In this document: positions 8,266 through 16,610 of the stretch, piece by piece
How the letters are laid out: each line of letters begins with the position of its first letter
How positions within the stretch are numbered: position 1 is the stretch's first letter
Translations under genes and position numbers: made by a program
The notes under the pieces: generated by a model
Database searches by the model: none
What the model saw: the letters and a program-made list of their open reading frames with translations, nothing else
Told to the model about the DNA's origin: nothing
NCBI GenBank assembly: GCA_001897795.1
Contig: MKUL01000022.1
Span: 3,363-67,362, forward strand
DNA: 64,000 bases
Source: Alphaproteobacteria bacterium 41-28
GTDB lineage: Bacteria; Pseudomonadota; Alphaproteobacteria; UBA9655
Direction: 5' to 3'

Positions 8266-9361
8266 AAAGGCAGGCGTTCAGTGTCAACTCCAATTTTTCA
8301 AAAAAACAGATGAAGTTATTAAGCCATCTCTATTTTTCTTTCTTAAAAAAGGGGATCTCATCCTCTGGGATTATGAAAATCATTCTCAATACAAATTGGA
8401 CGAACCTTATATAGATCGCCTTATTGAAATTGCTTCAGGTAAACCCATTGTCGAGGACGATATTACACGTCATCTCAGAGAAGAAGGCTTGCTTGTTAAG
8501 GAAAAAGAAGAGACACGTGAATGGGGCTGGGACGAACTTTCATGGATTTTTCATCAAGGGACAAAGAACCCTCCGCGATTAGAATCAGATGCCAATAATT
8601 GGTTTGAAGCTTACCTGCAAAACTGTCAAAGTAAGCCCTCTCCAAAGGAAGCACCTTCTTCTTCTAAGGGAGAGGCCATTTCTCTTGCTCCCATTGATAA
8701 AAAACTCTTTCAATCAAAATCGCTCTATGAAGTCTGTCAGGAAAGGATGACTTCAAGGACGTTTAGCGGAGAGAAAATCAATTTTGAGGTTTTTTCCTCA
8801 CTTATAGGAGCAACTTTTGGCTATAGTTCCGCTCCATGGGGAAAGAACGGTAACTATGAGATTTACGCAAAGCATAAGGTTTCTCCTTCTGCAGGCGGAC
8901 TCCATCCCTTTGAATTCTATATAATGGTTCATCATGTCGAAAACATAGATCCTGGGATATACAAATATGATCCTCAAGCTCATTGCCTTTATCCTTTTGA
9001 AAAAGGAGATTTCAGAGAGCAGCTAATTCATTCTTTAGCGGGTCAAAATTTCGTGAAGGACCTTTCTTTCGGTGTCTTTTTTGTTGCCGATTTTTCGAGA
9101 GTTTGGTGGAAATATGAGCACTCCAGAGCATACCGCCAGGTTTTACTTGATGCGGGGCATCAATCGCAAACATGTTTGCTCCTTGCAACTTCGCTTGGTC
9201 TTTTAACTTGGCCAACAGGCGCTATTCAAGACAAAGAAGTTGAAAAATTATTGAAGATTGAAAACGATAAGTTCAGCCCCATCTTTTTTGTCGGTATTGG
9301 GACAGGGAAGCCAAATTCGTTCAATGAGGAAATTATTTCCATATTGAAATCAAATAGATAG
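8246..9361 (+). CDS. SagB/ThcOx-type (nitroreductase-fold) dehydrogenase with an N-terminal PqqD/RRE-like peptide-binding domain
   Basis: The C-terminal half, TSRTFSGE...VSPSAGGLHPFEFYIMV..IDPGIYKYDPQAHCL, matches the SagB-type dehydrogenase pattern. N-terminal GDLILWDYENHSQYKLDEPYIDRLIEIASGKPI..ITRHLREEGLLV looks like a PqqD/RRE winged helix. The gene overlaps the LysR gene by 20 nt. Confidence 0.75.
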   Translation: MKKIQLEKAGVQCQLQFFKKTDEVIKPSLFFFLKKGDLILWDYENHSQYKLDEPYIDRLIEIASGKPIVEDDITRHLREEGLLVKEKEETREWGWDELSWIFHQGTKNPPRLESDANNWFEAYLQNCQSKPSPKEAPSSSKGEAISLAPIDKKLFQSKSLYEVCQERMTSRTFSGEKINFEVFSSLIGATFGYSSAPWGKNGNYEIYAKHKVSPSAGGLHPFEFYIMVHHVENIDPGIYKYDPQAHCLYPFEKGDFREQLIHSLAGQNFVKDLSFGVFFVADFSRVWWKYEHSRAYRQVLLDAGHQSQTCLLLATSLGLLTWPTGAIQDKEVEKLLKIENDKFSPIFFVGIGTGKPNSFNEEIISILKSNR

Positions 9362-9455
9362 TTAAAAAAACAACTTTTTTGAAAAAATTGTCTTGTAAAC
9401 TAAAACATGGTGTGTCTTAATCTTAAAAGAAGATGAGAGGTTAATTTTAAAAACT

Positions 9456-9476
9456 CCCCCCCCCCCCTCTCTCTCC
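9456..9476. repeat. Homopolymeric C12 tract followed by (CT)n in an AT-rich intergenic region
   Basis: Read directly: aaact cccccccccccc tctctctcc. Confidence 0.9.
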
Positions 9477-9894
9477 AAGGTGGAAAAAGCACCCGTGACC
9501 CTTTTTAAACGATCACAGGTGTTAAGTTAGCCCACCCGTTAGTAAGTATGGTGTTGGTGGTATGTGTTTGTTATTAATTTTTTAAATAGCACCTGCGACG
9601 GTCCTGAAAAACAGCCGCAGGTATTTAAAACTTACATCAATTTTTCATAAAAGTCTACCTTCTTTTTGATAAAGAACTTCCTCTCAAAAAATTTATCCTC
9701 TTTCAGTTTCATTATCATTAAATGATAAAAAACATATGAGGATTCTCTTTGCTTTCAAAAGAGACGTTTTTCATATTGAAAATTTAATATCATCTTAAAT
9801 CTTAATTCTCAAAAAATTAGTATTTAAAAAAATTAGCCATAAATTAATCTATAAAAATTATAATCATGTAAGGGGCAGATGATAAGGAGTAAAT

Positions 9895-10191
9895 ATGAAA
9901 AGAATTATTTTTACTTCGTTGAGCGGCATGATTAAGGAGAAATATGGCCTGGAAACGTGGTCTAAAGTTCTTGATAACGTAAATCTAAAAAGAAAAGGTA
10001 ATTATACCCCAGGTGGAACCTGTGATGATGAATTAAAGGCTTCTATTTTAACAAAAAAATATTCTTTTTTTCTACTGAAGGACATCGCCTTTAAAGAGTT
10101 CACTCAAAGCATTTCAATGCTCCCGTTCACATACCGAAGACGTATTCCATACCCCGGTGATGGACAATTGGGGGTGTATATTGGGAGATAG
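9895..10191 (+). pseudogene. Truncated H-NOX (heme-NO/O2-binding, HNOB) gene fragment
   Basis: MKRIIFTSLSGMIKEKYGLETWSKVLDNVNLKRKGNYTPGGTCDDEL matches the N-terminus of HNOB domains (MkGiifnsl.e.v.ekyGee.W..il...g......ft....Y.Dee). The ORF is only 98 aa. It ends before the heme-ligating His and the YxSxR motif, and it overlaps the next gene. Confidence 0.55.
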
Positions 10192-12799
10192 CAAGGAGCT
10201 AGACGTAGAATTGGAACTCCCAAAAAAAGCACGTTTACGTGATAAAAAATCGCGCCGTCAAATGGATCCACTATTGGAAGATAAATTTCGCGATCTTTAC
10301 CTCGCTAATGAAGAACTTCAAATAAAATGTCAGGAATTAGGAAGGCACTCGGAGGAACTGGAACTATTTTTATCACTTTCACCGTTTTCTCAAGGATCAC
10401 AAGACGTTAATACAGTTCTCCAGTTTTTTGTGAACTCAATATGCAAGTTACAAAAATGGCCAGCAGGACACGTTTTCGTTTTTAAGGAAGGAAATGATAA
10501 GCTTTTGGTGAGCTCGGGGATATGGTATTTTGATAGTGAGAAAGATTATCATGAGCTCCATGATGTAACATCAGCCATGACTTTTAAAATTGGGGAAAGT
10601 TTACCCGGGATTACGCTTGCTACGGAAAATCAATTATACATTGAAGATGTGCAAAATGATCCTCAATATTTTCGATCGAGAGTTTGCAGGAAACTAGGGA
10701 TACATAGTTCATTTGGTATCCCTCTTAAGTGCAACAACAAAGTGCTAGCAGTTGTTGAATTTTTTATTTTTGAGACGCTGAATAAAGATGATAAAGCATT
10801 TGATTTGATAGGAAATTTTGTTCAGCAGTTAGAAGGGGTTTTAGAACGTCAACGGGCCCAGGAAGAAGCACGAGAAAGTAATATTAAATTAAATCTTGCC
10901 AATGAAGAGCTTCGAAAAAAATATCAAGAATTAAAGAAGCACTCGGCCGAATTAGAACTATTTCTTTCGCTTGCACAACTTTCTCAAGGAACACAGGAGC
11001 TTAATTCCGTTCTCCGGTTTTTTGTGAATTCAATTTGTAAATTAGAAAAATGGCCAGCAGGTCACGTCTTTGTTCTCAAGCCAGGAAGTGATACAGAATT
11101 AGTATCCGCAGATATATGGTATTTTGATAACGATAAAGACTATCATGAACTGTATGACATAACATCGACAATGACTTTTAAGCTTGGCGAAAGCTTACCT
11201 GGGATTACACTTGCGACAGAAAAACCATTGTACCTTGAAGATATACAAAACGATCCTGATTACTTTCGATCAAAAGTTTGCAAGAAGCTTGAAATACATA
11301 GCTCATTCGGTATTCCTATTAAGTGCAATAACAAAGTACTCGCTGTGGTTGAATTTTTTATTCTTTCTCCCGTAAATCAAGTTGACAAGGCATTCGATTT
11401 GATAGGCAATTTTGTAAAGCAGTTAGAAGGGGTTTTAGAACGTCAACGGGCCCAAGAGGATGCACGGGAAAGTAACGTTCAATTACAACAAGCTTTCATT
11501 GAAGTTCAAGAAATGGCCCACCATGACTCATTGACGCAACTACCGAATCGACGTCAATTTGAATTAACTTTAACGAGATATATAGCAAGATCGAAGCGCA
11601 ACGATAAAAAGTTGGCACTGTTTACTATCGATCTCGATAACTTTAAGGTAATCAATGATCGCCTTGGCCATGATATTGGCGATTTGCTTTTAGTGGAGAT
11701 AGGGAAGAGGCTTCAAACGAATATTGGTACGGAAGATTTTATTAGTCATTTGGGGGGAGATGAGTTTGCCATTATTTTACAAAATAGTAGTGTGAAAGAG
11801 GCGGAGATTGTCGCTGAGAAATTGCTACATAATCTAAACGAACCTGTTAAAATAGACAGTAACGACATTTCTATTTCTGTGAGCATTGGAATTGCATGTT
11901 TTCCAGACATGGGTTCAGATTATGTTACTTTGTATAAAAATGCAGACATCGCCATGTATAAAGCAAAAGAAGTCGGAAGGAACACTTATAAGTATTTTGA
12001 TGTTTCGCTGGGGAGTCAGTACAAAAAGCGTCTAGAGATTGAAAACCATATTGAATTCGCTTTAGAAAAAGGTGAATTCTTTCTCGTCTATCAACCTATC
12101 TATACCTTAACGTCACAAAAAATATTCGGACTTGAAGTCTTATTACGGTGGCAGCATCCCGAATATGATCTCCTCTTTCCAGAAGAATTTATTTTTATTG
12201 CTGAAGAAAAAGGGACGATCGTCCCTATTGGCGAATGGATATTGCGTGAAGCTTGTCAACAATATATGGAATGGCGTCGTGAAATAAACTCAGACTGTAA
12301 GCTTTTCGTCAATATTTCACCACGGCAGTTGGAAGATAAAAATTTTTTTATTAATGTTATCAAAACAATAAGTAAATCAGGTATGCCTTGTGGCTCCCTA
12401 GAATTTGAAATTACTGAAACAGCTCTCATGGGTAAGCAGGAAGAAACTCAAGAAATTTTAAAAAGGGTGAGTAATTTGGGCATCAAAATAGCCATTGATG
12501 ATTTTGGTACGGGATATTCTTCATTTGATCGTCTTAAGTCTCTTCCCATTAGTGCACTGAAAATTGATAAGTCTTTTATACAAGATATTGGCGCCGAAAA
12601 TAATAATGACCTTATTGTTAAATCAATTATTTCTCTTGCGAAAACACTAAATTTACAAGCTATAGCTGAAGGTGTTGAAGAGAAAGCTCAACTTGATTTT
12701 TTGCTGGAAAATGAGTGTTCGGAGGGACAAGGCTATTATTTTAATCATCCTCTTACAAAGGAAGAAATGAAGCTTGTTCTTCTTAAAAGTAAAGCCTAA
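10157..12799 (+). CDS. GAF-GAF-GGDEF-EAL cyclic-di-GMP turnover protein
   Basis: Two GAF-like modules. GGDEF domain with an intact HLGGDEF. EAL domain with EVLLRW, FVNISPRQ, EFEITE, IDDFGTGYSS, KIDKSF, AEGVE and GQGYYF. The start is GTG 10157 or ATG 10160, with no clear RBS. Confidence 0.9.
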   Translation: MMDNWGCILGDSKELDVELELPKKARLRDKKSRRQMDPLLEDKFRDLYLANEELQIKCQELGRHSEELELFLSLSPFSQGSQDVNTVLQFFVNSICKLQKWPAGHVFVFKEGNDKLLVSSGIWYFDSEKDYHELHDVTSAMTFKIGESLPGITLATENQLYIEDVQNDPQYFRSRVCRKLGIHSSFGIPLKCNNKVLAVVEFFIFETLNKDDKAFDLIGNFVQQLEGVLERQRAQEEARESNIKLNLANEELRKKYQELKKHSAELELFLSLAQLSQGTQELNSVLRFFVNSICKLEKWPAGHVFVLKPGSDTELVSADIWYFDNDKDYHELYDITSTMTFKLGESLPGITLATEKPLYLEDIQNDPDYFRSKVCKKLEIHSSFGIPIKCNNKVLAVVEFFILSPVNQVDKAFDLIGNFVKQLEGVLERQRAQEDARESNVQLQQAFIEVQEMAHHDSLTQLPNRRQFELTLTRYIARSKRNDKKLALFTIDLDNFKVINDRLGHDIGDLLLVEIGKRLQTNIGTEDFISHLGGDEFAIILQNSSVKEAEIVAEKLLHNLNEPVKIDSNDISISVSIGIACFPDMGSDYVTLYKNADIAMYKAKEVGRNTYKYFDVSLGSQYKKRLEIENHIEFALEKGEFFLVYQPIYTLTSQKIFGLEVLLRWQHPEYDLLFPEEFIFIAEEKGTIVPIGEWILREACQQYMEWRREINSDCKLFVNISPRQLEDKNFFINVIKTISKSGMPCGSLEFEITETALMGKQEETQEILKRVSNLGIKIAIDDFGTGYSSFDRLKSLPISALKIDKSFIQDIGAENNNDLIVKSIISLAKTLNLQAIAEGVEEKAQLDFLLENECSEGQGYYFNHPLTKEEMKLVLLKSKA
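10289..11476 (+). repeat. In-frame tandem duplication (period 594 nt = 198 codons) of the coiled-coil + GAF module
   Basis: LANEELQIKCQELGRHSEELELFLSL...ERQRAQEEARESN recurs as LANEELRKKYQELKKHSAELELFLSL...ERQRAQEDARESN. The LAN codons start at 10301 and 10895. By eye, roughly three quarters of residues are identical. Confidence 0.85.
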
Positions 12800-12888
12800 C
12801 AACTAAAGAAAAAGACTGACCTATCCTAGGTTGCAAAGTGGCTCATAAATCCTTATATATAGGATAAAGAGTAAAATAGGGTGTTCCT

Positions 12889-13509
12889 ATGAAATTTCAA
12901 AATCTTCCTTCGATCCTTCCTTTGTATGCTGCAAATGGCATAATTTTATTACCGCGTGCTCAGCTTCCTCTCATGCTTCAGGGAAGAAGTGAGAAAGCCA
13001 TCATAGAATGTGCTCTTCGAGATGGGCATCGTCTTGTTGGAGTTATTCAAGCTAACCCTGAAGGCGGTCATTTTCAAAAAGGATGTGTTGGACGAATTAT
13101 CAACTTCCAGGATGGGGCACAAGTCTTTGTTATTCTCGGAGGTCTTTGCCGTTTTAAGATAGAAGAAGTTCTCGAGGATGAGCCTCTGAAAAAAGCCAGA
13201 GTCAGTTATCAAGGGTATGAGGGTGATTTGGACGACTCGCTCGCTGACCCATTTGTGGATCGCCCCCGACTTTTAAACCTTTTGAAGGACTATTTAGAAG
13301 ATCAAGACATTATGGCAAATTGGGATGAAATTGATCATGCGAGTAATGACCTCATCATCAGTTCTCTCAGCATGGCTTGTCCTTTTAAGCCCATTGAAAA
13401 ACAAGCACTTTTGGAAATTTCTTCCCTTTCTGAAAGGTGTGATATGATGATTGCCTTAATGGAAATGGCTTCCCCTCATTTAAAGGGGCGTAGGCCGATG
13501 ATTCACTAG
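12889..13509 (+). CDS. LON N-terminal substrate-binding domain protein
   Basis: [45 protein letters not shown] is typical of stand-alone Lon N-domain proteins. Confidence 0.75.
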   Translation: MKFQNLPSILPLYAANGIILLPRAQLPLMLQGRSEKAIIECALRDGHRLVGVIQANPEGGHFQKGCVGRIINFQDGAQVFVILGGLCRFKIEEVLEDEPLKKARVSYQGYEGDLDDSLADPFVDRPRLLNLLKDYLEDQDIMANWDEIDHASNDLIISSLSMACPFKPIEKQALLEISSLSERCDMMIALMEMASPHLKGRRPMIH

Positions 13510-13520
13510 TAGGGTATTTG

Positions 13521-13709
13521 ATGAAGAAAAAGCCTTCTTTAAATCCAAAACTTTTTGAAATGCTTGTTTGCCCTCTTACCAAAGGGCCTCTTACCTATGA
13601 CCCAGATAAACAAGAGCTGATCAGTCTTTGCGCCAAACTTGCTTACCCTATTCGTGATGGTGTTCCCGTGATGTTAATGGATGAAGCACGAGAGTTGGAA
13701 GAGGAATAA
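13521..13709 (+). CDS. Trm112/YcaR (UPF0434) family small protein
   Basis: [15 protein letters not shown]....ELIS....[13 protein letters not shown] pattern. The ATG at 13521 is preferred over the TTG at 13518. Confidence 0.8.
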   Translation: MKKKPSLNPKLFEMLVCPLTKGPLTYDPDKQELISLCAKLAYPIRDGVPVMLMDEARELEEE

Positions 13710-13806
13710 TCTGTTACCTACTTCGGTATGGACAAAACAGCGATTGCTGACAACCGCAACTGCTAAGTAGTTTGTTACAGCCCGCCTTCGCCGAGGCTTC
13801 GTCGGG

Positions 13807-13865
13807 CAGCCTTCGCTGCTTCTCTTTCTGGCTTGCCAGCCGTAGCTGTGAAGCAGCGAAGGCTG
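13807..13865. terminator. 16-bp-stem hairpin immediately 3' of tRNA-Arg (on the minus strand)
   Basis: cagccttcgctgcttc (13807-13822) is the exact reverse complement of gaagcagcgaaggctg (13850-13865). The stem reaches into the encoded CCA. Confidence 0.7.
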
Positions 13866-13940
13866 GCGCGCCCTGCAGGATTCGAACCTGCGACCTGCGG
13901 CTTAGAAGGCCGACGCTCTATCCAGCTGAGCTAAGGGCGC
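13864..13940 (-). tRNA. tRNA-Arg (anticodon TCT), encoded CCA
   Basis: The reverse complement reads gcgcccttagctcagctggatagagcgtcggccttctaagccgcaggtcgcaggttcgaatcctgcagggcgcgcca. It forms a cloverleaf with anticodon loop CTTCTAA. Confidence 0.9.
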
Positions 13941-14074
13941 ACACTGGCTTCACCATAACGAAACTTCCAAAAAAGTAAACTAGGTTTCAAATCAATTCTC
14001 TTGATTTTTGTGAGAGGGAGCTGTTAATGTATTAAAATTATTTGTAAGGGGGGAGGAATAATAATCTAAATAAT

Positions 14075-15157
14075 ATGACAAATTTAGCATTGAAAGTAGA
14101 ATCACAAGAAAATGATTGCCCTTCTGTGGGAGATCTTTTAAAGGAAGCTCGTCTATCGCAGGGCTTATCTCTTGAAGAGATAGCCAAAACCTTATGTATT
14201 AGTAAACGCCACTTGGTTCACCTTGAAGAGGATCAAGAAAACCTTGTTTGTGATGTATATACATTAGGCTTTTTAAAGTCCTACGTTCAGTATTTGGGGC
14301 TGAATGAAAAAGACTTCTGCAAAATGTTTAAAAGCCAAGCAATCCACCTTCCACCTTCTCATCTTCCCTTCCCAGCCCCCCTTCCAGGAAAGGGAATCCC
14401 TAGTCTTCGCATTCTTGGTTTTTCTTTTCTTCTTCTTCTTGGGGTTATCGTGGGGTGGGAATGGGTTAAATACTCTAATTCACAAATCCATCCCCTTAAA
14501 GATATGAAAGTGGTTGAAACTTTGCCAAAAATTAAACCCATACCTGAAGAATCAGTGGCTTTGCAAAATCAATCAGCTATATCTGAGAACCTTCTCCAAG
14601 CCATTATACCAGCAGAAGTGACTGCCCCCCCTGAAAATTTGACTTCAGATCCAGAAACACTCATCTCTTCGGAATCTGTAACTTCAAAACCCATGGACCC
14701 TCCTGAAAATTTGATTTCAGATCAACAAGCACCCATTTCTCCAAAATCTATACTTTCAAAACCGACTGAATCTTCTGGAAATACGACCTCAAATCCACAA
14801 ACACTCATTTCTCCGGAATCTTTACCTTCAAAACCGACTGATTCTCCTAGAAATACAACCTCAGATCCACAAATACCTGTTTCACCACAATCCGTTTTTT
14901 TAAAAGCGACAGAAGAAACTTGGGTGGAAGTCACAACTCTAGAAGGGACTGTTATTTTAACCCGTATTTTAAGACCCGGCGAAACCTTTGAATTAAAGCA
15001 CCCGCAAAGTCTTGTCTTAAAAACGGGAAATGCTGGGGGGGTTTCTCTTGTGTCTGGGGAAAAATCAATACCTTCTCTAGGTAAATCAGGAGAAATAAAA
15101 AAAGGAATTTTCCTTGATCCTGAAAAATGGGTTGAACAAAGTCCCGAGACTCATTAA
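14075..15157 (+). CDS. rodZ: RodZ-like cytoskeleton protein (HTH - TM - Pro/Ser-rich repeats - DUF4115-like C-terminus)
   Basis: XRE-type HTH VGDLLKEARLSQGLSLEEIAKTLCISKRHLVHLEED. TM ILGFSFLLLLGVIVGW. The C-terminal segment ATEETWVEVTTLEGTVILTRILRPGETF...LKTGNAGGVSL is typical of RodZ. Confidence 0.8.
   Translation: MTNLALKVESQENDCPSVGDLLKEARLSQGLSLEEIAKTLCISKRHLVHLEEDQENLVCDVYTLGFLKSYVQYLGLNEKDFCKMFKSQAIHLPPSHLPFPAPLPGKGIPSLRILGFSFLLLLGVIVGWEWVKYSNSQIHPLKDMKVVETLPKIKPIPEESVALQNQSAISENLLQAIIPAEVTAPPENLTSDPETLISSESVTSKPMDPPENLISDQQAPISPKSILSKPTESSGNTTSNPQTLISPESLPSKPTDSPRNTTSDPQIPVSPQSVFLKATEETWVEVTTLEGTVILTRILRPGETFELKHPQSLVLKTGNAGGVSLVSGEKSIPSLGKSGEIKKGIFLDPEKWVEQSPETH
14630..14896 (+). repeat. 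About 3.7 tandem 72-nt (24-aa) repeats inside rodZ
   Basis: The four units read PENLTSDPETLISSESVTSKPMDP, PENLISDQQAPISPKSILSKPTES, SGNTTSNPQTLISPESLPSKPTDS and PRNTTSDPQIPVSPQSV. Confidence 0.85.
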
Positions 15158-15187
15158 CTATATACGTCATGAACAAAAATGTAGGTT

Positions 15188-15227
15188 TCTGGATTGCTTT
15201 GGGTGTTTCGCACCCTTGCAAAGATGA
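15188..15227 (+). repeat. Small palindromic intergenic repeat, family 'TCTGGATTGCTT-stem-loop-stem-TTGCAA', copy 1
   Basis: tctggattgcttt GGGTG tttcg CACCC ttgcaaagatga; compare the copies at 17711 and 21388. Confidence 0.7.
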
Positions 15228-15353
15228 GTGGGGGATATTTCCGGTAGTCGTCTTCGCGATCACGCCGCACGAAGTGCAAAGGCGGAGTGGCGATCCATTT
15301 CCGTCTTGTTTTGAATATAAAAGAATACAAATATCACAACTTAGCGAATACGA

Positions 15354-16610
15354 ATGACAACATTACAACCTGTTCGGGGGACGCATGATTTGTTACCCCT
15401 AGAACACCGAAAGCATTCCTATATTATTGATGCAGCACGAAAAGTAGCTGCTTCCTATGGCTTTCTTGAAATGGCAACCCCCCTATTAGAATTTAAAGAG
15501 GTTTTTAAGCGCACCCTGGGTGATGTGTCGGATATTGTTACCAAAGAGATGTATGAAATTGTTAAACGAGGGGATGAAGAAATCGTCCTTCGTCCAGAAG
15601 GGACCGCGGGCATTGCCCGGGCAGTCATGTCAAACGGTCTGACCCAGTCCATGCCCTTAAAGTTTTTTTATGAGGGTCCCATGTTTCGCTATGAACGACC
15701 CCAAAAGGGACGCTTGCGTCAACTTCACCAAATTGGCGCTGAACTTTTTGGTGTGTCTGATTCTATGGGGGATGTTGAGGTTATTGCTTTAGCCTTTGAT
15801 ATCTTGAAAGTTTTGGGCTTGAGTCAACATGTGACGTTAGAAATTAACACTCTTGGAGATGATGAAAGTCGAAAGCTCTATCGTGATCATCTTGTCGCTT
15901 ATCTTAAAGATCATCATGCAAGCCTTTCTCCCGACAGTCAGCAACGTCTCGATCGGAATCCCTTAAGAATTTTGGATACAAAAGATGAGGGCGACAAAAA
16001 GATTTTAAACGGAGCTCCCCTTCTGACGGAAAGTCTTAATGCTTTTTCTCAAGAAATGTTTTTGAAAATTCAGGAGGGTCTCAATGCTCTCAAAATTCCT
16101 TTTCAACTGAACCCCCATCTCGTGCGAGGGTTGGATTATTATTGCCATATTGCATTTGAATTCACGACGACTGAGCTTGGATCTCAAGGAACAGTATTAG
16201 CCGGAGGGCGTTACGATGGCCTCATGACCACTATGGGAGGGCCGTCCATCCCTGGTGTTGGCTGGGCTGGTGGTATTGATCGTTTGGCTTTAATGCTGAG
16301 TGAAGATGCTCTTCCTCCCTTCATCCGACCGATCGCTATAATTCCTATGGATGAGGCGTTCGATATCAAAGGTCTTGAACTCGCGCAAGCCTTGCGCGGA
16401 CAAGGCCATGTCGTGGAAATGACATACGGGGGAAACCTTGGAAAACGCCTTAAAAAAGCCAATAAAATGAATGCTCATTATGCATTCATTTTAGGGGAAG
16501 CAGAGGTTGCTTCTCACACTGTGACCCTTAAGGATTTAGATACGGGCGAACAAACCCAACTTCCTCGGGAGCAAATAGGCGAATGGCTTAAAGATAAGGG
16601 TATTTCGTGA
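15354..16610 (+). CDS. hisS: Histidine--tRNA ligase
   Basis: Class II aaRS motifs: [39 protein letters not shown]. Confidence 0.95.
   Translation: MTTLQPVRGTHDLLPLEHRKHSYIIDAARKVAASYGFLEMATPLLEFKEVFKRTLGDVSDIVTKEMYEIVKRGDEEIVLRPEGTAGIARAVMSNGLTQSMPLKFFYEGPMFRYERPQKGRLRQLHQIGAELFGVSDSMGDVEVIALAFDILKVLGLSQHVTLEINTLGDDESRKLYRDHLVAYLKDHHASLSPDSQQRLDRNPLRILDTKDEGDKKILNGAPLLTESLNAFSQEMFLKIQEGLNALKIPFQLNPHLVRGLDYYCHIAFEFTTTELGSQGTVLAGGRYDGLMTTMGGPSIPGVGWAGGIDRLALMLSEDALPPFIRPIAIIPMDEAFDIKGLELAQALRGQGHVVEMTYGGNLGKRLKKANKMNAHYAFILGEAEVASHTVTLKDLDTGEQTQLPREQIGEWLKDKGIS

Noticed and set aside
9406-9585. Tiny Cys-containing ORFs (MVCLNLKRR at 9406, MVLVVCVCY at 9548) as TOMM/RiPP precursors for the SagB-like enzyme
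   Set aside because: They are 9 codons each, with no leader peptide and no RBS. That is far too short to support a precursor call.
13772-13978. 68-aa ORF 13772..13978
   Set aside because: It overlaps tRNA-Arg and its trailer hairpin on the opposite strand, so it is an artefact of GC-rich structured DNA.
15169-15357. 62-aa ORF upstream of hisS
   Set aside because: It is composed of palindromic repeat sequence (15188-15300). It has no RBS and no homology features.
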